NCBI RefSeq assembly: GCF_046119375.1
Contig: NW_027362765.1
Span: 63,178,001-63,242,000 of the forward strand
Direction: 5' to 3'
From: Phyllobates terribilis
Lineage: Eukaryota
DNA: 64,000 nucleotides
The position numbers and the translations under genes are program-made. Shown in pieces: positions 37,110 through 49,464 of this stretch; position 1 is the stretch's first letter, and each line of letters opens with the position of its first letter. The notes below the pieces were generated by a model. That model was given only the letters and a program-made list of their open reading frames with translations, ran no database searches and was not told the DNA's origin.

Positions 37110-39488
37110 CAATGGTTTAGAGTGAGTGGATGAAGAGATGCAATTTCCCAGCCTTCCCTCCAACTTCAAATCTAAAAATGATATAGAAAAGGAATTGGTC
37201 ACATGTGTGAAGGATAAATTACAGTGATTCTGATTGATGTATTTGATGAGTTCACTCTAAAAAATTGTCTGTTAATTCCATGTTGCATGCTAAGAGCAGC
37301 CATCCACGACATACCATCAAATCTGTGCCAGTGGGGGAAATGACCAAAATTGTTAGAAATTGCAGTGATGGTTCTTGTTTGAATACAGAACTGCTGCAAT
37401 GTCAGGACAGAAAAACTTCGGAAACGAGGATATCCTCAATGGTCTCTGAATAGGGCTAAGGATATTGCATGCGGAAAGAATCGTCAGGACTTAATTAGAT
37501 ATAGACAGAAAAAACATCATTTGTTTAGTGTCCTGTATTATCTACCCAATATAGTCTACAGTTTAATAAAATCAAGAGGATTATAAGAAAACATATACCC
37601 ATGTTGTACGAGCATGAGGTTTTGTCCACTATATTGGAGTCAGCGTGCCGGATAGTAGCCAAGAAAGGTGTTTCATTGGGCAATATTATATAACCAAGTT
37701 TTTTCCGAGGTCAAAAAGCTCGTAGTATATGGCTCAATCATCCAGGTTTTTTCAAGTGTGGGGGACTGAGGTGTAGAACATGTAAACATTTGGTTGCTGC
37801 ACGTACATTTTCTTGTAGTAATGATGTGGAACAACACAAGATAAAGCAATATATAAACTGCAACTCGCAGTATGTGGTGTATATGATCAGATGTCTGGAG
37901 TGTAATTTATGTTCTATTGGATTCACTGGTAGGAAGCTGAACGTCATAATCTCTGAACATTTAACTGACATTACTAATTCTTCCAACTCCAATCGCGCTA
38001 TATCTCATGCATCAAAGCATTTCATCAGTTGCCATGGGAAAAATACGGATTCCTTTAGAGTTCTGGGTGTGGAGCGCATACTGAAGTCTGAGAGGGGAGG
38101 AGACCTCAGGAGACGCATGTTGACGAGAAGTTTTCTGGATGTTTTGCCTGGGAACTTGCCATCCACATGGACTTAATTCTCGGAGAGAAGTCATGTTTCA
38201 TTATTGAGATGTTTATGTGGCACCCCAGGGGTCTGGTTACCACAGTAATAGAAATATTACGTCTGAGAGCAAGTGGGAGGTTTCTCTGGTCAGGAGCCCT
38301 AAGCATGCAACATCGCCCACCCAGACCTGGGAGGGGAGGAATCTGCCCTTACAAACTGGGTCTGGGGCGGGATTAGGTCAGTCAGAGCCTGGAGACAGTT
38401 CCAGACACAGGGAAAGTGTCAGCAAGGAGCTCTGTAGGAGCAGGAGCGAGTGCCAGGGGCTGGAAGCTAGATAGCTCGCCCTGCCTGAAGACATTAAGAC
38501 CGGACACGGAGTCCGAGGCTGTGGGGACTTCCAGGTCCAGCAGCAGAATCCAACCGGCAGGGGATTCCAGGTCCTCTGGCCAGAGAAGCCCGGAGGCACG
38601 GTCACAAGCAAGGGACCAGCACCGCCATTGTGAAGTGGAGGCTAACAGAAGGCCCCAAGTCACCGGCCGTACGGGTGAGCACCACACGGTATACTCAGGG
38701 ACGTGGGCTACTTCTACCCGCACACAGCAAGGTAGCCAGGAAAGAGTACAGATAGACGGGGAGGCCTACAACTCCACCTGGCCAGGGGAGATCCTGCTAG
38801 CTCTCAGACTGACAAGGCCTCTACTGCTAGCCAGTACTCCCGGGAGGGTCTGCTTTATAACATCAGTAAAGACCCTGAACTGCACTGCACGGACTCTGAG
38901 TTATTCCTGCTGCTCTCGTGCACCATCACTCCCATCATCCACACTAACTGCCCTGAGGCTATACTCCTCCCGTGGGGAGTCATCCCGTTCTTAGCTGCAC
39001 ACACAACACCGGCCTCAGCGGTCTGCCTTGCAGCGGCGGTCCCCACTGACCGCAATCCACGGGTGGCGTAGTCGGACTATCATCTCACTAATAAGACTGC
39101 CACTGAATTGACCACCCTGGGCACGGACCGGGTCAGCGCCATGGAGACTACAACCCCCAGCGATCCGGCTCCGGGTATTCCCTGCACAACACAGGCCCAG
39201 GGTGCGCGTCATTTACATATGGGACTTTTCATTCATGCATTTGTGTATTTATGCATCTATGTATTTATATATTTAATATGTAACTATACATGTAATTGTA
39301 TCCTCTTGTTCGTATTAGGGTGTGTTTGTTAGTGTGTTGTTTTTTTTGTTTTAATATGGGTGTGATCACATTGGTCATGTAATCTGTGCATTACTTCTGA
39401 TTGGTTTCAGAAATATTTAAAAGATCACAGTATTATGTCATAGTAACTTAACAAAGAACGCTGGTTGGCGTTGGAAATACGTTGCCAT
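37110..39488 (+). mobile_element. Penelope-like element 3' fragment (GIY-YIG), interrupted by a solo LTR
   Basis: ORF 37790-38176, INCNSQYVVYMIRCLECNLCSIGFTGRKL..ISEHL..HASKHF..FRVLGVERI. Confidence 0.75.
38216..39211. mobile_element. Solo LTR (Gypsy-type), 996 bp, related to 26064-27327
   Basis: tgtggcacccc...gcgcgtca (TG..CA), 4-bp TSD ttta; shares gtggcgtagtcg and ccctgggcacgga motifs with the other solo LTR. Confidence 0.85.
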
Positions 39489-40664
39489 TAGTGATGAGCG
39501 AGCACTAAAATGCTCGGGTACTCGTTGTTCGGGTCGAGCACATTGGAATACTCAGTTGCTCGTCCCGAGCAACGAGCCCAATGTAAGTCTATGGGAAACT
39601 CGAGCGTTTTTCAGGCTGCTCCCCCCGGCGGTCTGCAGAGAGCCTAAAAAATGCCCAAATCAATGGGAAGACATGGGAACAGCATGGGGAAGACCCCTGG
39701 AAGCATCTCTGACTCCCAGGTCACTGCTGTCAACAACGTTGTCAGAGTATTATGCCACTTTTACAGACTCACAATAAAACATACAAAAACAAAACCAAAA
39801 TGGATTTTCCTGGGAAATATGTTAAGGAACATCCTTTCCAGGGTAATGACTTGTATATAAAGCAAAATAAATAACCAAAAACAAAAATACTCCTCCACAC
39901 CTTGGGCTATGTTCACACGTAGTGTTTTTGATGTGTTTTTGCACTTTTGCATTGCTTTCAACCAAGACAAATGCATTCACCAGGAAATGTCATTTTAATA
40001 TTTTACAACCTTATCTGGCCATGTGGTGTGGGACATATCATCATACACATGCATGCAGTGCTGAAAAGACATGGGAACAGCATGGGGAAGAACTCTGGAA
40101 GCATCTCTGACTCCCAGGTCACTGCCTAAAAGTGTGCCCATCATAAGTGATCCTTGGCGCATGCGAAGATGCCTCCCACCATGCACCTGTCATTGCAGAC
40201 TTGCAACAATCACCGTCCACGTCCTTGTCCCAGTGCAGCATTCAGTTGTCTAGTTGGAATGCAAGCGCAAGTTTGCAGCCAGCCACCCACCAACCCACAG
40301 GCTGCAATACTATACTGCCAAATTTTTGACAGCTGCTTGCACTTGAAATGTAGCCTTTTAGGCTCATGGAGGCAGAAGCTGTCCACAATCTTATGGCGGC
40401 GGCGACCGGGTATCCATACTCAGTCCCCAGCCGCCACTATCTGTCTTTAGCTCGGTAAAAGGACTGGCATAGAGGGAAACCGTATCTACTCTGGGTGTCA
40501 TTTCTCCCAGGAAGTCCTCTAAAGCAGCTTGTTGCAGAAGCAATGGCAGCCCGTCCAACATCATCTCGCACTTCTTGATGGTGCTTTGACACACAAACAT
40601 CTTTCTTTGCGCATTTAATTTCATGACTACAGAGTTGAGATATTCGAGGGTGAACGGCAGCACA

Positions 40665-40790
40665 TTGGATCAGTAGTTAGCACTGAAGCCTTGCAGCGCT
40701 GGGATCCTGGATTCAATCCCAGCAAGGACAACATCTGCAAGGACTTTGCATGTTCTCCCCATGTTTGCGTGGGTTTCCACCTCAGTAAAA
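40665..40790 (+). mobile_element. V-SINE-like fragment
   Basis: gcagcgctgggatcctggattcaatcc..ttgcatgttctccccatgtttgcgtgggtttcc, homologous to 25436-25560. Confidence 0.7.
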
Positions 40791-41718
40791 AAGCAGCCAT
40801 AGTGTCCGGGAACCTTCCCACACACTTTTCTTAGCCAGGACTGCTTCTCGGCAGGGTTGGACGGTCCCACCAGAGAATCCTCTGGTATGCCCTTGCTTCT
40901 ACATCAGGAGAGTTCATGATAGCGCTAACTTTGCAGCTGCTATGGGGCTCTTGAGTGGGGGAGAAAGGTGAGCTCTCAGAATTAAATCCTTTGGTGGGCA
41001 CAATAATTTTCAATCTGAATCAGCTTCTCAGGGGAGTTGTATTTCACCACAGCCATATTCTTTAGCTCAGTGAATGGACTGGCATAGAGGGAAACCGTAT
41101 CTACTCCGGCTGTCACCAGGTTCCGCCCATTGTCACACACGACCATGCCTGGCTGTATGTTCAGCGGTGAGAGCCACAGATCAAGCTGCTGTGTTACAGT
41201 TTTCAACAACTCTGCAACGCTTGGGCGGTTTGTCACCTAACCATTAAGCATGTTATCTTCAGCACCACCTGTTGCCGCTTGGCCAAGGCAGTGCTGCAGA
41301 TGGAGGAGGTGTTGCAGGAGCTGAACAATGTGATTACATTGAGGTTACATTGGCGAGTCTGGTTTTTATACTAAAGAAAGATCCCACTGTTTGTTTGTTT
41401 TTTACGTTATTTTTTAAGGCAAATGCATTCACCGGGAAATGTCATTTTAACATTTTACAACCTTATCTGGCCATGTGGTGTGTGACACATCCTGTTTCAT
41501 TGATGATGGAGAGACTCTGAAAGACACATAGAGCAGGGCCACAGTAACGAGTATGACATGTTCCCATTAAAAAGGAGAGAGTTTGCTATACAGTTATAGG
41601 CAGGGGTGGATTAAGAGTAGCAAGGGCCCCGGGCAGTTTAGAAGGCGCGGGCCCCCCCCCCACCTGATTTATCACGTGACATGTCACATGATCCCCTGTG
41701 ATAGATCATGTGATAGTT

Positions 41719-42153
41719 CAAGGGAAATTAATTTGCCACAATATTAATTGTGCTGCCCCATCTGAGAGCAGCACAATATAGGGGCAGATACCCTGATTCC
41801 AGCGATGTGTCACTTTTTCAGCTGCTTGTTGCCATTTTGAGAAAATCACCGTTTTATCTGCTGCAGATCTAGCAGCTCTCTGAATGCTGCGCTCTGTATA
41901 GCCCCACCCACACCACTGATTGGCAGCTTTCTGCCCATGCTCAGTGTACACAGAAATCTACTGATCAGTGATGGGGGTGGGGTCCTACAGAACTTACTAG
42001 TCATCTAGTGATAATTACCTTCTGACAAATCAATGATTTTATCAAAACAACACTAAGCAGCCCAGTAAGTGACACATTACTGGAATCAGTGCCTCTAACC
42101 CTACATTATGCTGCTCTCAGATTAGGTGGCAAAAACCTGATGACAGATTCCCT
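41719..42153. mobile_element. Kolobok/T2-family palindromic MITE
   Basis: Right end tgacagattccct-TTAA; long internal inverted arms (atctgagagcagca..ctgattccag..gtgtcactt). Confidence 0.6.
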
Positions 42154-42559
42154 TTAAAGGAGCTGTAAACACAAAAAAGTTTGTATTAAAAAAAATACAA
42201 GCCATTTGTGAAATTAACTTTTTTTCATTGTTAATTCACATTAGACTGTATCTTCAACACTTTTGTCAGCAGGTCTTATTACAGACTCTGAATAGGGCAG
42301 CTCTCTCCCTCTCTCTCAGCAGAAAGTCACAGCATGGTGAAAAAACGGGATCTTTTATGATTTTCTCATAATAAATAAAAAAGGACATGCAAGTCCTCCA
42401 AACTATTTTCCATTTCTCTATAGGGGAGGTCCTAAATCTTTCTTGTTCTTTAGTTGATCACATGTCAAAAAGGCAAAGCATTTACTATGAACTCGCCTAA
42501 AAAAATATGCACTTGGAGAGTAATATCATCATCTGCATGTAAATATTCCTTGACTTTAA

Positions 42560-42944
42560 GGGCTCGCTCACACTGTCGTATAACACGGCTGAATGCTATG
42601 TGATGTTTTATCGGATAGGACTCGGCCCTATGTTATACTATGGGACAGCGCGATTATTGGCATGAGAAAATAATCTCATTCGATATTCGGACCATGTGCA
42701 CCCATACAAGTCTATGGGTGCACATAAAACAGACTGCACTTGGATGTCATCCAAGTGCAGTGCGATGAACACTCACAGAGACTATGGAGAAGATGGAGAA
42801 AGTAAGTTCTCCATCTTCTCCATATCTGTGCTGCGAGAGAATCGGATCACACTCAGTTGAAGCTCTGAGTTTGAGCCGAGTGTCATTAGCATAATTGGCC
42901 CTATTCTCTTTCATGAGAGAATATATGGCTTAGTGAGTGGACCC
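42560..42944. mobile_element. Harbinger-type MITE
   Basis: TAA TSD; TIR gggctcgctcac / gggtccactcac. Confidence 0.8.
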
Positions 42945-43512
42945 TAAAACTGAATAGTAGTGACGGACAGGCACCTCACAAGCGGAATCCATGTAGCTCT
43001 CAGATGTCATGTAGGTAGGGCTTCATTCCATGGGGTAGGGCTTAATTTCAAGGTATATAAAAAAAAATGGACTTCAAATAACAATTAAATGAACACAAAA
43101 AGCACTAATTGAATTATTTTTTTCGTATTTATGTTTGCAGCCCCTTTAAAAACCCTTTGAGGACCAAGGCACATATATGTCCCATAGTTTTAAACTGGAA
43201 AAAAATTTGATTGAATAAAATTTAAGGTCCTCGAAGGTTTAAGTAGGTCATAAATTCATATGAATACTTGCTCATACAATTTCACATGCCAAAAGATGAA
43301 GAAGAACAGAATCAAAAATATGACATTAAGTGGAGCACTTACAGGTATTCAAGGTGAAAGAGACCAGCAAAGGCATCGTCTCGAATGACAGTAAATGAGA
43401 TAGAATTCAGCAAGCTGAAAATGAAGACAGCAGGTTAGAAGCGAACCAGACTTTATGGTGCTCAGAATTAGTCAAGCAGAATCTATTGACTGCTCTTGCA
43501 AAGCACTGAGAC

Positions 43513-44232
43513 TCCCGCTGTGTATAGATGGTGCCGTGCGGCCTCCCGCTGTGTATAGATGGCGCCGTGCGGCCTCCTGCTGTGTATAGATGGCGCCGTG
43601 TGGCCTCCCGCTGTGTATAGATGGCGCCGTGCGGCCTCCCGCTGTGTATAGATGGCTACGTGCGGCCTCCTGCTGAGTATACGTGTATAGATGGCTACGT
43701 GCGGCCTCCTGCTGAGTATAGATGCCGCACGGTGCTCCCCCCAGAGATAGCAGGAGGCCGCACAGCGCCATCTATACTCAGCGGGAGACCGCACGTAGCC
43801 ATCTATACACAGCAGGAGGCCGCACGGCGCCCCCCCAGAGACAGCAGGAGGCCACACAGCGCCATCTATACTCAGCGGGAGGCCGCACATAGCCATCTAT
43901 ACACAGCGGGAGGCCGCACGGCACCCCCCCAGAGACAGCAGGAGGTCGCACAGCACAATCTATACTCAGCGGGAGGCCGCACGTAGCCATCTATACACAG
44001 CGGGAGGCCGCACGGTGCCCCCCCCAGAGACAGCAGGAGGCCGCACAGCGCCATCTATACTCAGCAGGAGGCCGCACGTAGCCATCTATACACAGCGGGG
44101 AGCCGCACGGCGCCATCTCTACACAGCAGGGGGCCGCACGGCGCCATCAATACACGGCGGGGGGCCGCACGGCGCCATCTATACATAGCGGGGGGCCGCA
44201 CGTAGCCATCTATACACAGCGGGGGGCCACAC
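43513..44232. repeat. 31-bp GC-rich minisatellite in two oppositely oriented blocks
   Basis: Unit ctcccgctgtgtatagatggcgccgtgcggc forward at 43513-43724, reverse complement at 43725-44232. Confidence 0.95.
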
Positions 44233-44438
44233 GTAGCGGCGGCTGCTGCTGGGGGAGCGGTACGGGGCCCCCCTCCTGGGCCCCCCCTCCCGCCACTGCT
44301 ACCGGTATGTGCCGCGGCGGCCCGCACATATAATGAGGGCAATCCGGTATTAGACACCCCGCCCGGAGCCGCGGGCCCTCTGCAGGCTCGGGGCCCCGGG
44401 CGGTCGCCCGGATTGCCCTCATTATAATCCGCCTATGG

Positions 44439-44960
44439 TTATAGGGTATGCAGTGAGTCCAACGGCTGACCAAATTTAGGAAAAACCCCACTAAGAAATT
44501 AAAGACACATAGAGCAGGACCACAGTAACGACACATTCCCATTAGAAAGGAGAGAGTCTGCTATACACTTATAGGGTATGCAGTGAGTCCAACGGCTGAC
44601 CAAATTTTGGAAAAACTCCACTAAGAAATTAAAGACACATAGAGCAGGGCCACAGTAACGACAAATTCCCATTAGAAAGGAGAGAGTCTTCTATACAGTT
44701 ATAGGGTATGCAGTGCATCCAACGGCTGACCAAATTTAGGAAAAACCCCACTAAGAATTTAAAGACATATAGAGCAGGGCCACAGTAACAAGTACGACAT
44801 GTTCCCATTAGAAAGGAGAGGGTCTGCTATATAGTTATAGGGTATGCAGTGAGTTCAACGGTTGACCAAATTTAGGAAAAACACCACTCACAATTTAAAG
44901 AGACGTAGAGCAGGGCCACAGTAATGACAAATTCCCATTAGAAAGGTGAAAGTCTCCCAT
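44439..44960. repeat. About 130-bp tandem repeat (4 units plus a displaced part at 41520-41600)
   Basis: ttatagggtatgcagtg starts at 44439, 44569, 44699 and 44835. Confidence 0.93.
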
Positions 44961-45380
44961 AGTGTTGGCCTATGCAGTGAATGCAAGGGCTGCCAAAAAT
45001 TTGGAGGCACTTCAATGCCCCTTGGAAGAGACATGGAGGTCAGAGGGCCTCATAAAAAATGTTCCCATTAGAAAGGAGCGGGCCTCCTATACTTGTAATG
45101 CCCATGCACTAAGTGTATGGGCTGACAAAAATTTACCCCTGGGGGGTATACATGAACATACTGTATTAAAATTTTTTTTACGGGCATCATAAACACTCTT
45201 TAAAAAAATTATGTGGGTGTTGCATCACGGACCACGGTCACCCTGATGATATGGTGGTGGAGGATGAGGAGAAGGAGGAGGACAAGAGCAAATGGCCAAA
45301 ATCAGGAAGCGTATACCCATGTCTGGGTGTGAAAAGGTGCATGGGAATACACCTCCCAAGAAAGGACACTGGATTTGAGT

Positions 45381-48300
45381 TTATGTTACGCTGCTATCAT
45401 TCGGTGGTGTTGAGAAGTCTGGCCCAATCCAGCCATTGTTCATTTTTATAAGAGTCAGCCTGTCAGCATTTTCAGTTGACAGGCGGATGCGCTTATCAGT
45501 TACAATTCCACCAGTGGCACTAAAAACCTGCTCTGATAAAACGCTGGCGGCAGGGCAGGCCAGGACCTCCAAGGCATAGAGAGCCAGTTAATTCCACGTA
45601 TCCAGCTTGGATACCCAATAATTATAAGGCACAGAGGAATCACGGAAGATGTTGCTACGGTCGGCAAGGTACTCCCTCAGCATCTTCCCAAACTTTGCAC
45701 TCCTTGTGAGAGTACCCGCGCCTCAGGGCCTGTGCGATGGGAGGGGCTGAGAAAACTCTCCCAGAGCTTTGACAGTGTTACCCTGCCTTTGCTGAATTGA
45801 AGTTGTGTCTCTCTTGCCTGTACTCCTTGGTTGTCCAACGAAGTGTGCCCTCTGCCGCCAGCGTTTTCAGATGGGAATTTTTTTAATAGTTCCGCAACAA
45901 GGGCCTTCTGGTACAGCCCCATTTTTGTAGACCTGTCCACTTCAGGAATAAGAGATATAAAGTTCTCCTTGTAGCGTGGGTCTAGAAGTGTCACCAACCA
46001 GTAATGACTGTCACCCAAAATTTTGAGAACGCGAGGGTCATGGGAAAGGCAGCGTAACATAAACTCAGCCATGCGTGCCAGACTACTAACAGGCAAGATT
46101 TCCGTGTCCTCACCAAGAGGATGACTGACCATGCTCTCCTCCTCCTCTCTGTCCTCTGGCCATCCACGCTGAACAGACGGTATGACAGCTGTGCAGGTAG
46201 TACCATCTATAGCGCATGAAACTAGCTCCTGTCCTTCCTCCTCCTCCTTTTCCTCATTGTCACCCAATCCACGTTGGGATGAGATGAGGCTGGGCTGTGT
46301 GTAATCACCCTGTGTGGTTCCTTGCTCCATCTCATCATGCTCCGCCTGCAATGCATCCTCTTTGATTGTGAGCAAAGAGCATTTCAGCAGACAGAGAAGC
46401 GGGATGGTGACGCTAATTATGGCGTCATCACCGCTCACCATCTTGGTGGAGTCCTCAAAGTTTTGGAGGATGGTGCATATGTCTGACATCCATGTCCACT
46501 CCTGAGGTCTTATGTGTGGAGTCTGAACTGAATACCGACGGCCTTGTTGATGCTGGTAGTCAAGAACTGCCCTCTTCTGCTCACAAATCCTTCCCAACAT
46601 CTGCAGTGTAGAGTTCCAACGTGTGGGGACATCACACACCAGTCTGTGAGCCGGAAGCTGCAAACGCTGCTGAAACATGGCAAGGGCGGAGGAAGCTGTA
46701 GGTGACTTTCTAAAATGGGCACACAGGCGGCGTACTTTAACAAGCAGATCTGGCAGCTCCGGGTAGGATTTGAGAAACCGCTGAACCACAAGGTTAAGCA
46801 CATGGGCCAGGCATGGTAGGTGTGTGAGCTTGCCTCGCCTCAGACCCGCCACCAGGTTCCGGCCATTGTCACACACGACCATGCCTGGCTGTAGGTTCAG
46901 CGGTGTGAGCCACAGATCACCTGCTATTTCAGAGCTGTCCACAACTCTTCAGAATTGTGCGGTTTGTCACCTAAGCATATTAGCTTCAGCACAGCCTGTT
47001 GCCGCTTGGCCGAGGCAGTGCTGCAGTGCTTCCAGCTTGTGACTGATGTGGTCATTTCGGAGATGGAGGCTGAAGAGGAGGATGAGGTGCAGGAGCTGTA
47101 GACCGTGGGGGCAATCCTTGGCGTTGGGAGGACGTGTTCCGTCCCAAGGTCCGACTGGGTCCCGGCTTCCACTATGTTAACCCAGTGTGCTGTCAGTGAG
47201 ATGTACTGCCCACAAGCACTTGTCCACGTGTTCGTGGTTAGGTGGACTTTCCAGGTAACTGCGTTGTTGTGGGCACGGCTAATGTTTTGGGACACGTGCT
47301 TGTGTAATGCGGGGACGGTACACCGGGAGAAATAGTGGCGGCTGGGGACCGAGTACCGAGGGACGGCCGCCGCCATCAGGTTTCGGAATGCTTCTGTCTC
47401 CACGAGCCTAAAAGGCAACATTTCGAGCGCAAGTAGTCGTGAAATGTGAGAATTTAGTAGTGTGGCCTGTTGGGCGTTGGCTGCATATTTGCGCTTGCGT
47501 TCCAAGGACTGGGGTATGGACAACTGAACGCTGCGCTTTGACAAGGACATGGACGTGCTTCCTGATGCTGCTACTTGAGAGTGTGCAACGACAGGTGCAG
47601 GACAGGAGGCATCTTCGCGTGCACCATGGACAGGGGATTGGCTTGCATGCACAACAGCGGAAGAAGCAATGGTGCCACCCGCAGACACTGTTCCTGGACC
47701 CTGGGGTTCGGCCCACAAAGGCAGATGCTTTGCTGCCATGTGCCTGATCATGCTGGTGGTGGTCAGGCTGGTCATTTTGCCACCCCTTCTGATGCTTGCC
47801 TGGCAGGTGGTGCAAATGGCCTTTTTGGGGTTATCGGCAGAGTCTTTAAAAAACAACCAGACTCGGGAAGACCTAACAGTTGTACTGGCAACTTCCTTCA
47901 TGTTGGTGTTACGGGGAACAGTCGCCTGCCTTCTGTCTGCGGCCACCACACTGCTTCTTCCTGCCTGTTGGGGTGCTCTGCCTCCCTCCCCCTATGAGCT
48001 GCTGTCCTCGCGCCATGTTGGGTCAGTTACTATATCATCCACCACCTCGTCTTCCACTTCCGCACCCTGGTCCTCCTCCTGACTTTCTGGCAATTGTGTC
48101 TCATCATCGTCCACCTCTTGTAACACTTTCCCACCGTCGCCTTTGTGTGACCGCGGCTGCTCAAATATTTGGGCATCGCTACACGCGATCTCCTCTTGAC
48201 CCGCTTCAAGTGGACCGGGCGAGAGGCCCGAATCTATAAATGGAAAAGTGAACAGCTCTTCAGAGTGTCTAAGTGTGGGATCAGTTGTCTCCGGGCACTC

Positions 48301-48612
48301 GGCATGGTGGGAGGAAGGAGAATCAAAGTGAGGAATATGCGGACCAGACTCACGGCTACTGATACTTGACCGTGTGGAAGACAGGGTGGTGGTGGTGGCT
48401 AAGTGACTGGAAGTATTATCCGCTATCCAACCAACAACCTTTTGACACTGCTCTGGGTTCAATAGTGGTGTGCTGCGGTCCTCTAGGAATTGGGACAGGA
48501 AGGTCGGGCGAAAAGATGTGGGTGTTTGTTGTGGTACAATTTCAGCTTGCCCTCGGCCTCTGCATGCACCATCACGTCCAGTTCCCCGTCCCTTGCCACA
48601 TGCCTTTCCCAT
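45381..48612 (-). pseudogene. hAT transposase family 2 (BED, DDE, hATC), frameshifted
   Basis: ORFs 47992-48612, 46924-47949, 45677-46942 and 45381-45572. Motifs VWLFF..CTTC..MIRHMAAKH, VVCDNGRNL, HLPCLAHVLNL, CDVPTRWNS, ACPAASVLSEQVFS. Confidence 0.92.
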
Positions 48613-49464
48613 TTTAAATGGAGGACAGTATCTTCCACGCTCACTACAAATGACTGAGTTTGGAGCGAACTTATATGTGATCCGTGTGACGGCGAAAACA
48701 GAATTTTAAATACCTGGCCTGTAGGTAACTAGTTTGAACAGCAAACCGGTGTCAAAAACTTCGCTGACACAGTGAAAAAAAATTGTAATGGAGGCCAAAA
48801 ATGGCAGTATTTTCTGACAACGTATATGTGATCCGTGTGACAGAGAAAACAGAGTTTTAAATAGCTGGATTTTTAGCGCTGTAATATGGAAAGGACCTGG
48901 CTGTATTCTGCAGTGCCAACAAGCAAATGGTGCAGAAAAACTGTGTTCTCTGGATTGCTTTTTAAGCAAATAATGAGGCCTAAGATCCAAAAAAAGTATT
49001 CCTGGCCCCTGAGACCTGGGCCTTTGTATAGAAATATCTAATAGCAGCAGAAGGCAGAATTGGAATGGAGCCTCTTGTGCTATATGCACTGCAGTCTGCT
49101 ATATACACTGCCTGCCTATATACCCTGCCTGCCTGATATCTCTGCAGATGGATTAGTTAGTCCTCAAAAGGACTGTTTGTTAAGATGGATATGTGTAATG
49201 TACGGTTTTTCTCCCTACACTACCTAATACACAAGCAAATCTCTCACTGACGCAGCTGCACCTCTCCCTACACTGCCTGATTCCGGAGTGACTGTGACGA
49301 GCATGGCGGCACCAGGTCTGATATAGACCTGATGACGCTGTGCGGCCATCCAATCACTGTAATGCTACAACCACCATGGCAGCGGTATTACAATGAGTGG
49401 CAGGCAATCCCTGCATATTGATTGGCGCTCTAAAGAGCAAACCCCGGAAATACTCGGCGAGCTG

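Larger units (their letters stand above)
41601..44437. mobile_element. Non-autonomous hAT element nested in the 130-bp array of hAT family 2
   Basis: 8-bp TSD gttatagg (41593-41600 and 44438-45); imperfect TIR caggggtggatta / cataggcggatta; gggcccc subterminal motifs. Confidence 0.88.
39489..49462 (-). mobile_element. hAT DNA transposon family 2 with nested insertions; extreme 5' terminus missing
   Basis: TIR TAGTGATGAGCG at 39489 with ctcg/cgag subterminal repeats. The 130-bp array continues across the nested element. Sequence 49100-49462 is the reverse complement of the TIR-proximal region at 63555-63950. Confidence 0.75.

Noticed and set aside
43472-44357. Many overlapping ORFs on both strands
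   Set aside because: They are translations of the 31-bp minisatellite with no domain content.
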